NCBI RefSeq assembly: GCF_052425735.1
Contig: NC_135770.1
Location: 29,698,001-29,762,000, forward strand
Length of the DNA stretch: 64,000 bases
DNA from: Oculina patagonica
Taxonomy: Eukaryota
Direction: 5' to 3'
Made by a program: the position numbers and the translations under genes. Positions 22,501 to 36,205 of this stretch are shown in pieces (within the stretch, counting starts at the first letter, position 1; the number at the start of each line of letters is the position of its first letter). Below the pieces are notes generated by a model that saw nothing but the letters and a program-made list of their open reading frames with translations, was not told the origin of the DNA and made no database searches.

Positions 22501-25500
22501 CCTTCGCAGCGTTCTTAATAGGCCAGAAATGCAGCAGAAGGACAGTGTACTGCTTTTAAACCTTGGACTTCACTATCCAGTCAGTGTTAATTTTACAACC
22601 TACCAGAAAGTTATTGCAGATGTGATAAAAATCTTAAAGGGGACTGAGGTAAATTCACAAGGACAAAGGGTTCGAAAGTATAAAGCGAAGATTATTTGGA
22701 AATCAACAACTGCCATATGCAAGCATAAAGGCAGGTTCCCTCACATAACGAATTCTAGATTCTTAACGACGCAGGTACGTACATCATACAGGTAAACATC
22801 CCATAAGAAAGCTCTCTGTAGGTTCTCAGATTTTTCGCCTCTCGGCGCGACACTTTGTAACTATGCAAGCGGGACCACTTTTGTTGAGTATTGAAATTGG
22901 TTGGCCATCGCGTTGAGTAGTTTTCTTAAAAAAAAATCTGCATACATCTGTTGAAGATGATTTCCAGTACTGCGTAACAGGCTCAAGGTTTGTTGTCATT
23001 ATACGTTACACTGCGGTATTAGCGTATACACCTGATTGAAGACACGTTGCCCCTGAAAAGCGTAATCGATAAACGATGCGACCCAAATGTTTACTGGGAA
23101 ATCGGAAAAAGTAATCGTCTTCTGTGACAGAATGAACATAATAATAAGACAGGTTTCATAAATCATGCTTTCAAAGCTCTCAACGAAAAAAAATGCCTTG
23201 ATTATAAATAAATTGAACATTACTAAGCTTACCAATGCTGTCTACCCAGAATCCCATTCAGTCTTATCGTTCATGGTTTGTGCTTTTCAGGGGCCAACGT
23301 TTCTTAAATCAGGTATATAAAGTTTCTTGATTCGCCACTAACTCATTCTTGTCACAACAAAAATATACAAAATTGACCATGTTGCATTTTCTATTTAATA
23401 ACTCCAAAGGTATTTACAGTAATGAAGTCTCCAAGAACTCATTTAAAAGGGTACAAAATATGCTTTCTAGGAAAAAAATATAATCTTCATGAAAACGTCG
23501 AAAACGTCTTATAGTAAAAAATAAGTCAAAAATTTAGCCAAAACTGAAATAGTGCAAAAACGCCCTACACTGCAAATTTTGAGGTCTATTAAAGCAATAT
23601 TTTTCCTCGTTCTAAGAAACATCGGTCCTGGCAAAAACACGACAGACAAAACACAGCCAAAACTGCACTGAACTACGATTTTTCTTACGTAAACAGAAGG
23701 ATCTCATTTCAGTTACAATGGCAACGGCTGGTCAGAGCTCATGTTACATTGTGCACGTGTCGCTACTCACATCTGCACATCTTTACATTCCCAAACACGA
23801 CGAAAGACACATTATTTATGGTATAGGCGAGTTTCTTAACATATAAAAACGGCGATCCGAAAAGTATTTATTCGCATTTTGAAGAACATGTGCTCATATC
23901 GCGAACAGACCCAAACACATGCGAAGCAAAATAAAAGATTATTTACCTTAATTTTTCGCTTCGAATTTCGAGCTAACCGTCCAAATTACTTTCTCTGACA
24001 CTTGGAAAAACCTTTTGGATCATCCTCCTCCTCAAAAACCATCTTCACAGGCTTTTAAAACCTGTTATAGTTCGCTTCCACTGATGATTCGCATCGAATC
24101 TCAAATGAAGACTTCGGTTCGTCGAAACAAGTTTTCATCGCTTGCTGCTCTTCTTTTGACATCGTAGCGAGAATTAAAACTGTTTCTTCCATTTTTAATC
24201 TTCTAAATGTACGTTAACACTCCAATAATGCGAAACTTTGGTTTTGAATATCGAGCCACTGGCGAACGCGGCGGCCATCTTCTAAAATATTCTTGTTGGA
24301 GTTGAAATGGATTCTGATTGGTTTACGAGGATTTATCGATCGACTTTGGCAGAACAATTTTGCTCCAAAATCGAGATATGGCGTGCAAATTAGGATTGGA
24401 GCCCGCAATAAACTAAGATGAAAAACCGGTACGTGATAGGCTGATAATAAGAAAACAAAACAAATAACGGTAGAAGATAGAGATAGCATACAACTGACAA
24501 ACATAATATATATCAAGTTGCGAAATATTGGGCCAAAATAAATTTATAACATCAGTCCCTAGCTGTTTGATCAGCCCTGCATTTGAAGTTTGTTTACTTT
24601 TGTTATTGCTTAGACTCTAAACAGTTCCTCTAACAATTCTCTTTTCCCTGACCTCGTCGTCACGTCGATCGTGGAGTCGCCGACTTGGATAATTTAACGA
24701 AGAGGACTGTAGTTTTGTCTACTCTAATCGCCAAATCATTTCAAGTTGTGACTCTACGATCAAAAGTAACAGTCCTACGATTTCAGCGAAAAAATTGAGG
24801 GACTGTTTAAAATCTAACAAGCGTTTCACGAAAGCAACGCATTAGTTATTAAATATGTGATAGCTTTTTGGTGTTTTTAGTGTTTTGAGTCTTGTATAAT
24901 CTGGCTTTTTTGGTGAATTCTACGCATGATGATTTACTGAAAGCGTCCTCAGCCAGATGTGGGTCACGGGAGTAACTGGTTACTAGTTCCTAAGGTAATG
25001 CGGATCACATGGGCCACTAGTTACCAGTTCCTGACGCTGATAGGAGTCACGTGAGCCAGTTGTTGGGGCTAATGTGGATCACGTGAGCCACTCGTTGCTT
25101 TCCGCTTCCAAAAAATTCTACAAGGCAGAAAGATGGTGCTATGGTTAGAGCGCAGGGCCCGGTTGTTCAAAGGGTGGATAGCGCTATTCACCGGATAAAT
25201 CACTATCTGGTGCCGGATAGCGTAGTATGTTTAATTAAGACTTATCCATTTATCCGGTGGATAGCCTCATCCACCCTTTGATCAACTGGGCCCAGGTCGA
25301 CAAAATGATTGAAGTCAATATCGATCTTTAAAATTCATTAAATGCCAGTTTTTTTTTTCTTTAGCGGGTTCTCCTGTTTAGCGCTTTCGCGATGTCAGCC
25401 ATGTGTCAAGCAGGGTATGACGTCATAGACGTGTATCCAATGGCTGATTCGTATCCTGGTTGTACATTGGACCTGGATGCCGTTCACTATCCAAATAAGG

Positions 25501-25604
25501 TGTTCGTCGCCATGGAAACGTTACTGGAGAAATATAAAACAAACAGGAACCAGAGACTGGGCACGGATGAAAGGAAACGTAGAATTAGACGCTGTACCAG
25601 TTGA
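19593..25604 (+). CDS. NXPE-family protein, paralog B; exons 19593-20304, 21618-21707, 22269-22774, 25365-25604
   Basis: Same exon structure and phases as paralog A (exon 3 is 506 bp in both); TM anchor, GGDTW/DHNNGTY, YGDS and DAVHYP motifs. Confidence 0.85.
20471..20753. mobile_element. MITE
   Basis: TIRs TAGAGTGGTTTAACTTGAGTGTCG / CGACACTCAATTGAAAACTGCTCTA; internal CCAATC/GATTGG repeats. Confidence 0.65.
25156..25292. mobile_element. PIF/Harbinger-type MITE with CAG target duplication
   Basis: TIRs GGCCCGGTTGTTCAAAGGGTGGAT / ATCCACCCTTTGATCAACTGGGCC flanked by CAG on both sides. Confidence 0.75.
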
Positions 25605-26009
25605 CGAAAACTCTGTAATCGTGTTACACTTAGTTTAAATATTTTCCATTATTGCACATTCAACCTCAATATATTTTAATAGATAATTAATAAGAAAATT
25701 AATTAGATCCTTAATAGATTTTTTACTTTTAAACACACGTACACGTTCAAACGATGTGTATAAATAAATTTGATTTGATTTGTTTTTGACATGACGTCTT
25801 GGCAAACGACCACGTATTGTGAAAGGCATTCATGCATCTTGTAGCCATTTCCCCTTATCACTGTAAATATAATGTCTGAAAATAAACGAGCGTTTATTTT
25901 TAGATGTCAAATTTACGCTAACGAAGGGATTACCGCGGGAACGTTTGTTTTGTATGGCACCTAATGAAATCCTAAAATGCTTTTAACCTCTTATTGTTAA
26001 GTATTCTCA

Positions 26010-26550
26010 GGGCCTGTTTATATGGAGGAGAGTTGTCCCTGGTAGGAGGGTTACCCTCCATACCGAGCCACCCCGGGCGAGAGCGCTTTTCATAGGTTCC
26101 TTTATAAATAGCTGCGAACCGGATAGGGTGGCCCTGGGTGTAGGGTCACTCGCTTTGAAGGTAGGGTGACCCTGGGGAGCGAACCAACTTTTTCACCATG
26201 TAAACAGTTTGGTTATTTTTGCCTCGCCTATCAGGGACAAGTTGACACATACGGAGCATGCGCAAACGCTAAAATCAGCAAAAACAAAATTGCAGATAAA
26301 TTGAAATCGAAGTCGGCGGTAAATTAGTCCAAAAAATGGTCGTGGTCGATGATTCAGCGTTCCTGATTTTAGAAAAAGCAGCCATAATAGATGTTTCAAA
26401 ACAACTCTCGCCAGTCTTTTGAACGCAGAGGGCCAAGTTTTGGCTCGGTCAACAGGGACAACTTTCTCATCTAAACGCTCGGCAAAAGATGGCTCGTTGG
26501 AGAGGGTAACCCTCCTACCAGGGACAACTCTCCTCCATATAAACAGGCTC
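26010..26550. mobile_element. PIF/Harbinger-type MITE with TCA target duplication
   Basis: Near-perfect ~49 bp TIR (GGGCCTGTTTATATGGAGGAGAGTTGTCCCTGGTAGGAGGGTTACCCTC) with TCA on both flanks. Confidence 0.85.
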
Positions 26551-26940
26551 TCAGTGTGTCGACAATGTGATAAATTATCTTGCAGCGAAATAGGAAAAGT
26601 TAATGGTCAGGTACGCATTGAAACCGTATTTGTAAAACTGGATCACTGTAGGAAACGTTCAATAACTTGAATCAGAGAAGAACAGAAAGATTTTGGCACT
26701 ATGGAAGCATATTGCAGCTTCCAAGCGTTACTAGACTAATGTTTGAACGGGATAGATATTGGACTGCAGAGTGCTGAAAAGTGCCACTTGAAAACAATGC
26801 ATTATATGCAGAATTATAATTATAACACGTTTGTCAATGCTTTGCTGATCATCAACTTAGGAAACTAGCATCGAATTGAGGATAATATTTGGTCATTGGG
26901 TTTGTCCCATAAACTCACAATCAAAAAAGAATGGAACTTT

Positions 26941-27707
26941 AACCAAGCTAGCACTTTTAGTTCAGTTCAAGATAGATTTGTTTGGTGGAGTAGAATGCGG
27001 AAAATTCCATGCAAATGCCTGTGGCTGGTTTGTTATCAAAACACAAAAGTTGCCTACTTTAGATAAATAGATCAATAGATAATAACAATTAGCTTTTCAA
27101 AAAAAATGCTCACGTCGATGGCAGCTTTGTGCCAAGGAAACAGAAAAAGTTTACTCAAGCAAAAAAAAAAATCTTTTAAAAAAGGAATGAATTAACGGAA
27201 TTAAAGACCTGTGTTAGTGCGGACTCCGTGTTCCGGAAAGGAGTTGATGAAACGCCTGAAAACGCTAGATACCCTTAATGGTTTGAATTTACGAGTAGTA
27301 CGGAAAAATCTTGAACTTTAACTTTAACCTTAAACATAACTTTAACCTTAAGCTTTAACCAAGCCAGTACTTTTAGTTCACTACAAGATAAATTTGTTTG
27401 CTAGAGTAGAATGCGGAAAATTTCATGCAAATGCCTGCGGCTGGTTTTTTATCAAAACACAAAAGTTGCCTACTTTAGATAAATTGATCACTTGATAATA
27501 ACAAAACACATTAGCTTTTCAAAACAATTTGCTTACGTCGATGGCAGCGTTGTGCCAAGGAAACAGGAAAAGTTAACTCAAGCGAAGAAACATTTCTTTT
27601 AAAAAAGGAATTAACAACCTGTGTATGAAAGGACTCTGTGTTCCGGAGAGGAGTTATTGAATCGCCTGAAAACGCTAGAATTTACGAGTAGTACGGAGAA
27701 ATCTTTA
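26941..27707 (+). repeat. Tandem duplication of a ~350-400 bp unit
   Basis: Units starting AACCAAGCTAGCACTTTTAG (26941) and AACCAAGCCAGTACTTTTAG (~27357) share long identical blocks, e.g. GAGTAGAATGCGGAAAAT and TATCAAAACACAAAAGTTGCCTACTTTAGATAAAT. Confidence 0.85.
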
Positions 27708-27788
27708 ACTGACAGATGCTAGGCTGCTGAGGAAAAATTGATCTTAAGTGGCAAGTATTTCACAATAATTGAATGTCACTAATTAGAG

Positions 27789-27988
27789 AATAGACCTCTT
27801 TAGCTTCGTTCGTTTGTTGTCGCATTTTAGACCATGTGATGTTACCTTTAAAAATTCTCTCTTTTAAATTCAAACACATTCACGTTTAAATGAATGTATA
27901 ATTTCCAAACAGACAAACTAACAATTCTCTAGAGAACATCACTTCATCCGAAATGGACAATTTACATACGTAGCTAAAGAGGTCTATT
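27789..27988. mobile_element. MITE
   Basis: TIRs AATAGACCTCTTTAGCT / AGCTAAAGAGGTCTATT. Confidence 0.75.
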
Positions 27989-29794
27989 TTGATAAGGGTT
28001 GCGTGCACGGGATTGTATGCACAGGAAACGAGCGTCATCTTGGTTATTTGTTAGAGAAAGGCATTTCCAAAGGGTGTTCAGTCATTTCAAGAGTCTTGTC
28101 TTAAGTTCATCAGCAAAAGAGTTTGGAAACAAGCGTAAGGTAAGTGATAGTTCGACATAACGTGCTTGTAATAACCTGGACAGCCTGTCCCGACAATCAT
28201 AACATGATTACCATTTAGAAAACACGAGATATGGAAATAATAGTAAATATTAATTGCTGAATGTTAAAATAATCCACTGTGCAAAATTACGGAATTACTA
28301 CAGGTCATTTGGAGACAGAATCTTGAACATTTGTACGCTTCTTTGTGAACGCTGTTAGAGCCACTTGAGTTCCACAGTTTGAATTGAGCAAAATAATTAA
28401 GCCTAGTCTCGTCTTGGGCTCGGAAAATGCGAACACTACTTGTGTTTAAAAACAGGGCGCATCAGAGATATCTAAAACGTTGTCTGCCGGCAATCGTGTT
28501 GACGAAAGTACAGATCCACTCCTTTGTGCTTTGGAGCAAAAATATTTCTGTCTTTATTGTGAACATACTAAAAGTCACTAGTAATTGGTAATGATAGTTT
28601 GGTTGCTTGTTTTATCACTGCCATCTGTGTGTCAGTAGTACATGTTTTTCTCTTCGGCTGCTGTTAACAAAAAATGATTTTAATGTTCCAAGAAATTAAA
28701 AGATAATAAATACAAATAATAATATCAAGATTTGTTTACAAACTATGTCTGCTGTACACCCTACACTGATCATAGACCTCTACAAAGCTGGTGAATATTT
28801 CGGCAGGCAAACAGGAAAAAACTACTCGAGCGAGAACTCGGAGTCCAATATGCAGATATTTGGTATTGTGTCGTAGTTTAGAACATCAGTTGAAAACAAC
28901 GTGCAGACCTATGTATTTTAAGGTCGCGGGGGACACCTTAGGCCCAGTCCAAGCGTCGAACTTCACACGAGTCGAACCCAATGCAAATGACCAAAAACAA
29001 GAGGTTTTGCTCATTTGAAGTTCGACATTTGGCCCGGGCTTTAGGCTCATCATTATGCATTTATTTAAAGCGTATGCACGAAGTGGAACGATTAACATCG
29101 AGATATTTATGACTGAATAAAAATATGGGTGCGTGCGCGTGATTTGAAAAATAATTACCATAATTACATCCCTCCTTTGGAAACTGATCGTGTTTTGGTC
29201 CGGACACCTTCGGAAATTTCAAAGCTAGGACTTTTCCGAAAATTTGGGGCAGAAAATACAGCGCAGATACAGAACTTCATGACCTGCCACTGCAGATATG
29301 TAAACTATGAATACTGTAGTGTGTCATAACAGAAGCGGAATTCTAAAAGAGCGCTTTTAGAAAGAGGTTGAAGGCATTAATGTCAAACTTGCGCATTTAA
29401 ACCACCATAACTTGCTGGCAAACTTTAAACTAATAAGTGTGCTTCTGTTATGACACTCTAGAGGTATTGACTGATTAGTTTTTGACTAGATCACAGTGTG
29501 CTGTCTCCTACTCGTTCCGCGAACTCTGCCACAAAATCATGTTCTTCCCAATTTGGAACTAACGAGGCTATAACATCGCCGTTAAGTGCAATCTACCAAA
29601 TAAAAGATGACAATCATAATCTTTCATCATTTCTTTATGTCTCTGTAAAATTTGAGCTTTATCGCACCCATAACAGCTGAGAAATAAGCGTTTTCAAAGA
29701 TGCAGGTCAAGCAAAATTTCCCTTCATGAATTTATTCATGCTGTAGGTATCCCCCGCGACCTTAAAGAGTTGAAAAAGATGAAATGTTCATTAT

Positions 29795-29990
29795 GTCACG
29801 AGCGTAGGACAAAGAAAAAATCTGAATCCCCGACGAATATCGAACCTATGGCCTCCCAGATACCGGTTAAGCACTTTAACCACTGAAGCGACAAGAAGCT
29901 ACGACAGACTCGTTGTGAGCTGGGCCATTTACTAAGTTGATATGTGACACGGGCCCTGCATACTGCTAGGATCAGCAATGTCGAAATCAT
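29795..29990 (-). mobile_element. tRNA-derived SINE-like repeat
   Basis: Minus strand has A-box-like CAGTGGTTAAAG and B-box GGTTCGATATTC in a degenerate tRNA-like segment. Confidence 0.5.
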
Positions 29991-32242
29991 CAAATGTGTA
30001 ATAAGTAAAATATAGATGGTAAGTTTTGTTGTTTGTTATAAGAAAACGCACGACACTGACAGTTGATTTTATCAAACATGCAGAAATCGTATTAACATAA
30101 TCATACGAACACTTTGTGCTTACAAGTTTTCTCGAAAGAAACTTGATCTTGTGATAGCTGAAGTGTAGTAGATCCATGATAACAGTGATAACCGTCACGA
30201 ATAGAGCAACTCTATATATGGTGTCTGTAATACAGTAGTACCCAGCTGGAGAACCATAAGATCCAACATTCAAGTTAGGTAGGTTAAGGTGAATGTGGTT
30301 TATGTTCTAGTAAGATGAATTGCTGATATACTGGCATTTATATTTTTTCATTATACTTGCATTCTAACGATAGTGTATCTTGTAGCTTCCTGGCAGCGAT
30401 CAGCTAGTTCGAGGGAATTAAGCTAATTTCATATATCTGGGCATGCTTTGAATTGAGAGTCAATCTCGTTACAATGATCACCACTTCGAATAGTTAAATG
30501 AACAATTATTGTTAGCAATTCTTTCATTTTGTTTTTGTTATGTTATTTTCTACCTTACTAGATATCTTAGTTAATGAAATAATATGTAATTAAATTTAAG
30601 TTGCTTTTGCAATACTACCAAATTCATATGTAGTTACGTAGTCATGCAAGTAAAGCTTGTTGTTGTCGAGTGAGGATTCTCGTAGCTTTCTAATTTCTGT
30701 CAGTAGTTTTCCAGTTTCTTTTGTTCATCTGCCGATAGGCTTGCATTGTACTTCTTTTTCTATCTTGGCCAAAGTTGTGACAATAACCGTCTCGTGTAAC
30801 ATACCGTTGTAGAATCTCGTCACGGTTTGTCGCTTTAGTGAGTAAATGAGTAATGAGTAATGGGTAAATGTCTTCCAAAATGAAATCAATGAAGCCTTGA
30901 GTTAATTGGTTAATTACTTGGTGCGTTTCATTCCTCACTTACACAGCAAGGCTGGGAAATCACGTAAAGCGTTGTACGCTTTAGAGTTATTGACTTGTAG
31001 CTTAATTACTGATAACGGATAAAACTTTGGCTTTCATTACGGTTAATTTATTTTCATTACGGTTAACAGAAGTTAAAAATTAATTTCCATTGTTTTTTAA
31101 AGTTAAAAATTAATTTGCATTATTGAAAAACATAACTCTTAGGACCATTCTGAAACGATGAATTGATGGAGTCTGTTTTATTTAAAATTACTGACCGATT
31201 TTTTTACGGTTAACACATTTTAAGGCTTACGGTTAAAATGTTCCAATTTTAAACCTGACGGCTAATTTTTACGCCGTTTTACGGCTAACGGTTAACCCAA
31301 TGGAGACCCTCTACATAGCGACCATCTTTCGACATGTATTAAATGTAAACAGGCAGGCAATTTTTATGGTAATTGGCAAAAGAAAAGGCAAATTATTGTA
31401 AATTGCTGGATTCAAATCATGGTATTAATGTCTTAGTCAATTGATTTACGATTGAGCCGGCAGACCCACTACAAAATGGCATTACTAGTATTGTACATTT
31501 ACTTCGATTCACTTCAAGCACAAAATAGTTTGAAAAAGCAAAAACGAGCGTCCACTCAAGGTTTGATATGAAAAGAGCTGCTGATCACATTGTTTCTCGA
31601 CTTATCTTTCCTACAATCCTTATTGAGTTCCTTTTCTTTTCAGATTTCCTTAACTATAAAAATCGTCAATGGCTGCAGAGTATAATCGTCTAGAGTCAAA
31701 AACCAAACAAAATCCCAAGGAAAACACCAACATATTTTCCATTCTTGCATTCTGGTGGGTGGGAGAGCTTCTTGCCATCGGAAACAAGCGTCCTATTGAA
31801 ACTGACGATCTATTTCCTTTAACGGACGAGGACAAAACTGCACCGTCAACGGAAAAACTACAGTTTACATGGAGTGAAGAAACTGCTAGACGTGTTCCCG
31901 GAAAAAGTGGAAATGTACATCGACTGTTCAGAGCGCTCATTGCAATGTTCCCCTGGACTGATTACATGTTCGTTTTGAGTACAACTTTGTTAGTTGGCAT
32001 TGGAAATGTTCTCCAGCTAGGTGTTTTTGAGTTTGCTGTTACCAGAATTGATGAAATCTGCCCACGAAGAGCTGGCATGGGCATATATCTACGCTGGCGG
32101 AATCTGCCTGAGTTCTTTCGTGCGATTTGTTGCCCAGCACCATCAATTTTATAATGCTTATTTGATGGCCCTAAGATGGAAGTCAGCAACAATTGGTATC
32201 ATATACAAAAAGGTAAAAATGAAGATCGAGGTCGTTGTTCAG

Positions 32243-32462
32243 TGGGCGGCGCAGTGGCCTAATAGCTATAACCCAGCCGACTCTGGATTAAGCGGTCCGG
32301 GTACCCGCTTGCCGGGATCATTGTGTTTGTGTTCTTCGGCGACACACTTTACTCTCAGTGCCCTTCTTCATCTAGAAGTATAAATGGCCACTGGTGAGCT
32401 GTAAGGGAAACTTGAAAAAATGCTTGGGGATATTAAACCTGCGATAGACATAATCCCATGCA
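32243..32462 (+). mobile_element. tRNA-derived SINE in ABCC intron 1 (matching copy at ~50178-50350)
   Basis: Head GGCGCAGTGGCCTAAT (A box) followed by a SINE body; present at the same intron position in both ABCC copies. Confidence 0.65.
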
Positions 32463-33335
32463 GGAACTTGACTTGAACTGACTTGGGACCTTTTGCTCTT
32501 CGCACAACATAGGACACTAACAAAGTACCTCTACTGAGCCCGGTTTTGGGCCACCTTGGACGACACACACAGCATACCCCCAAAAATCACCAATTAACTG
32601 ACCTCTTAATTTAAAGTCTAGAAAGCTCAATACATTTCTTTAAGGATGCCCTTGTGAAAATTAAATCACAATCAAAACATTTTTTCTCTCCAACCAAGCA
32701 CGTTCTATTAATACGTTCTATTTATTTTCTTGGTAGGTTATCAGTCTGAGCCAAGCGGATCTATCAAGAATCACAAGTGGATACATCATCAACCTCATCG
32801 CCTGTGATCTACAACGCTTCGAACATTCTGTTTCTTGCATGTTTCTGCTAATTCAAGCCCTCTTTGAAACGATCAGCATTTCGTTCCTTATGGCTTACTT
32901 ATTTGGATGGAGACCTTTTTTGGGAGTGGCTTTTTTGATCTTCCTTTCCGCGTATTACGGTGGAATGGCTAAAGTGTGCGCGACCCTACGATCACGAATC
33001 TCTAAAGTGGCTGATCAGCGCGTCAATATTATGAACTCTATTATCCCTGGGATTCGTACCATTAAGATGTACGCTTGGGAGTGGCCGTTCTTCAAAAGAG
33101 TGAAACGACTACGAAGGTATGTAAAGACAAGTCGAACATGCTATGTTTACGCTTATGACTTATGGCGGAACTATTATTGCGCCTTCCATTAACAGAACCT
33201 CTGTAGCTCAAAACACATCATCATCAACATCATCATTTGATCGTAAAAAATATTGTGGTTAATCATCGTGGTAGAGTACAATAATAATAAAGTATTTTCC
33301 GTTTGTCTCACGACGTAGTGTCACTTGTGATGTAG

Positions 33336-33379
33336 ATCGCGACGTTTCGACTGCACACTGCTAGTCTTCATCAGGCGAT
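33336..33379 (-). ncRNA. Minimal type I hammerhead ribozyme in Penelope terminal repeat (intact core)
   Basis: ATCGC-CTGATGA-A-GACT(agcagtgtgc)AGTC-GAAAC-GTC-GCGAT: helix I ATCGC/GCGAT, helix II GACT/AGTC, palindromic minimal helix III and GUC cleavage triplet. Confidence 0.85.
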
Positions 33380-33403
33380 AAGGTCGACTGGTCTGGTGTA
33401 ACC

Positions 33404-35668
33404 TTATAAAGCACGCTGCTGCGCTGTGATTGGTTGGTTTTCAACAGCTGTGATTGGTGCATTTCGATCCTCGCTGTTCCGGTGTGCTGTTGTTCCCTCA
33501 GGGATCCGCTGTCGTTCAGTTCTCCTGGTGTTGTGTTTTTTGATCGTGGGCATCCATGCTTCGGGAATTTCAATTCCACTATCCCTGTTGATATTGTTAG
33601 GGTGAAGTCTTATCTGAATTGCCTCTTTGACCCTGCGTGTGCACCAGTGTGGTTCACGATCAATAGACTTTTCCTTATTCCAAAGCGGGTAGTGTCCGGT
33701 GTTGTGGGTGTGCTCTGAAACGGCGGAGGTCTGGATACGGGCGAGTCGGATGTCCCGGTCGTGTTCTTTGATCCTGTCTTGCATAGGTCTTCCAGTCTCG
33801 CCGATGTAAACTTTGCCGCACTCACAGGGAATTCTGTAAACAACGCCATCTTCCTTAGTCGGATCAACGGCGTCTTTCGGCCGTACTAGGTGTGATCTTA
33901 ATGTAGTTTCCGACTTGAAAACAGCGCGTACGCCTTGTTGTTGTAGGCTGCGTCTACGTTGTTCAGAAAGACCTTTGACATAGGGTAGAACCGCAGTAGA
34001 TTTAAACTCGGTCGTAGGCTCAGCACTGGCGCTCGGCTTTCTGGTCTTGGTGATCTTCTGCAAGAAAGAAAAAGGATAACCATTAGAAACAAGAACAGGT
34101 GACAGATGTTTTTTCTCCTTGGATATAACAGATGGTTAAGTTACGAGGCGTTTAGCACGATCGTAAAGACACTTAACAATACCGCGTTTTACTGATAGAG
34201 GGTGGTGTGAATCATACGCTAAGTATTGATCAGTGTGTGTTGGTTTCCTATATACGCTGGTGGTGAGCCGGCCGTCTGGTTCTCTCGAAACTGTGGTGTC
34301 GAGGAAGGCGATTTTGCAGTCATTCTCTGTTTCTATGGTGAAGCGGATGGAAGGCTGCTGGTTGTTAAGATGTTGTAAGAAGCTGTCGACTCTTCCGCGA
34401 TCCAAAATGGTGAAGGTGTCGTCCACGTAGCGTTTCCATATCTTAGGCTTGCAGGATGATGAAGTTATTGCCTGCTCCTGAAAGCTCTCCATGTAGAGAT
34501 TAGCAACAACAGCGGAAACCGGACTTCCCATGGCTGCGCCTTCCCGTTGTTCGTAAATTGATCCGTTATACTGGAAGTATGTGGATCTCAATACGAAAAT
34601 CAGGAGGTCAGCGATCTGAGCAGGTGTTAGCGTTGTGCAATCGGCAAGGCTGGGATCGTTCTCTAGTTTCCGTAGCGCGGCTTGAACAGCGCCGTCGATA
34701 GGAACGTTTGTAAACAGCGACTCCACGTCAAACGACACCATGATCTCGTTGTCTAGGATCGTCTCACTGCTGATGGTGGATACGAAGTGGGCTGAATTGG
34801 TCACTGCGAAATCCGAGTTACCTGTTAAAGGAGACAAGATGTTAGCTCGGTAGGCGGACAAATCATACGCAAAGGTGTTTAGGCATGATACAATAGGTCT
34901 TAAAGGTACGTCGGCCTTGTGGATTTTAGGCAAACCGTAGATTCTTGGTGGCTGTTTGTGTCGAGGTCTGATCTTGTTATAAACAGCCTCTGATAAATCT
35001 CCGCTTCGTCTCAGGGTAAGCAGCTTTTCGGACAGCTTTCTGGTCAGACGGTCTGTCGGGTCTTTGTTCAGGAGCTGGTACGGTCTGTTCTCGATCAAGG
35101 TAGACATCTTAGTGCGGTAGGTATCAGTGTCCAGGACTACGCTAGCACGCCCTTTGTCAGCTGGGAGAATCATGATGGAATCATCCTCTTTTAGGCTTTT
35201 AAGCCCGTCTCGCATTTCTTTCGTGATGTTAGGCTCTGGTGGTTCTGCCTGTTGAAGAATGCTGTTGACGGCTCTTCTGACACGGTCTGCTTGCTCGGTG
35301 TTGAGTTGTCTGACAGCTGATTCGACACTGGCGATAATCTCCTTGGCAGGGATGTTCGTAGGAGTTACGGCGAAGTTCAGTCCTTTTCGCAACAGAGCTA
35401 TCTCGGCGTCGCTGAGGGACCTAGAAGATAAATTAATAACCCAGTTAGTTTTGTCAACATACGGTGTATCAGCAAGGGACACAGCCGCGTGTTTTTCGCG
35501 CACAAGTTTTTCAAACTTCTGCTTTTGTCTGTCTTTGGTGGAATAAAAGACTCGTTGGGTGTTGATCTTGATCTGTTCTAGTATTCTGTCTGCGGCCTCT
35601 GTCGAGAGAGCGGATGTTATGCTCTGTGCAGTGGTGTCTGCTTCCTTCTTCGAATCTCCCTTGGCCAT
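33404..35668 (-). pseudogene. Penelope RT/GIY-YIG endonuclease ORF with one in-frame stop at 34136-34138
   Basis: ORFs 34136..35668 and 33404..34063 are in the same frame, separated by one TAA and 24 open codons. Confidence 0.9.
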
Positions 35669-36161
35669 CTGCGTTGATCCGACTAAGCAAGATGGCGTTG
35701 TTTACAGAATTCCCTGTGAGTGCGGCAAAGTTTACATCGGCGAGACTGGAAGACCTATGCAAGACAGGATCAAAGAACACGACCGGGACATCCGACTCGC
35801 CCGTATCCAGACCTCCGCCGTTTCAGAGCACACCCACAACACCGGACACTACCCGCTTTGGAATGAGGTAAAGTTTATTGATCGTGAACCACACTGGTAC
35901 ACACGCAGGGTCAAAGAGGAAATTCAGATAAGACTTCACCCTAACAATATCAACAGGGATAGTGGAATTGAAATTCCCGAAGCATGGATGCCCACGATCA
36001 AAAAACACAACACCAGGAGAACTGAACGACAGCGGACCCCTGGGGGAACAACAGCACACCGGAACAGCGAGGATCGAAATGCACCAATCACAGCTGTTGA
36101 AAACCAACCAATCACAGCGCAGCAGCGTGCTTTATAAGGTTACACCAGATCAGTCGACCTT

Positions 36162-36205
36162 ATCGCCTGATGAAAACTAGCAGTGTGCAGTCGAAACGTC
36201 GTGAT
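36162..36205 (+). ncRNA. Hammerhead ribozyme copy in inverted arm (helix II G>A variant)
   Basis: ATCGC-CTGATGA-A-AACT...AGTC-GAAAC-GTC-GTGAT; the G-C pair closing helix II is broken. Confidence 0.7.

Noticed and set aside
23288-24578. Possible hAT-like element (CAGGGC...GCCCTG)
   Set aside because: Terminal match is only 6 bp and there is no 8-bp target duplication.
35559-36137. 192-aa + strand ORF as a stand-alone GIY-YIG nuclease gene
   Set aside because: It is the inverted duplicate arm of the Penelope element fused by chance to antisense RT sequence.
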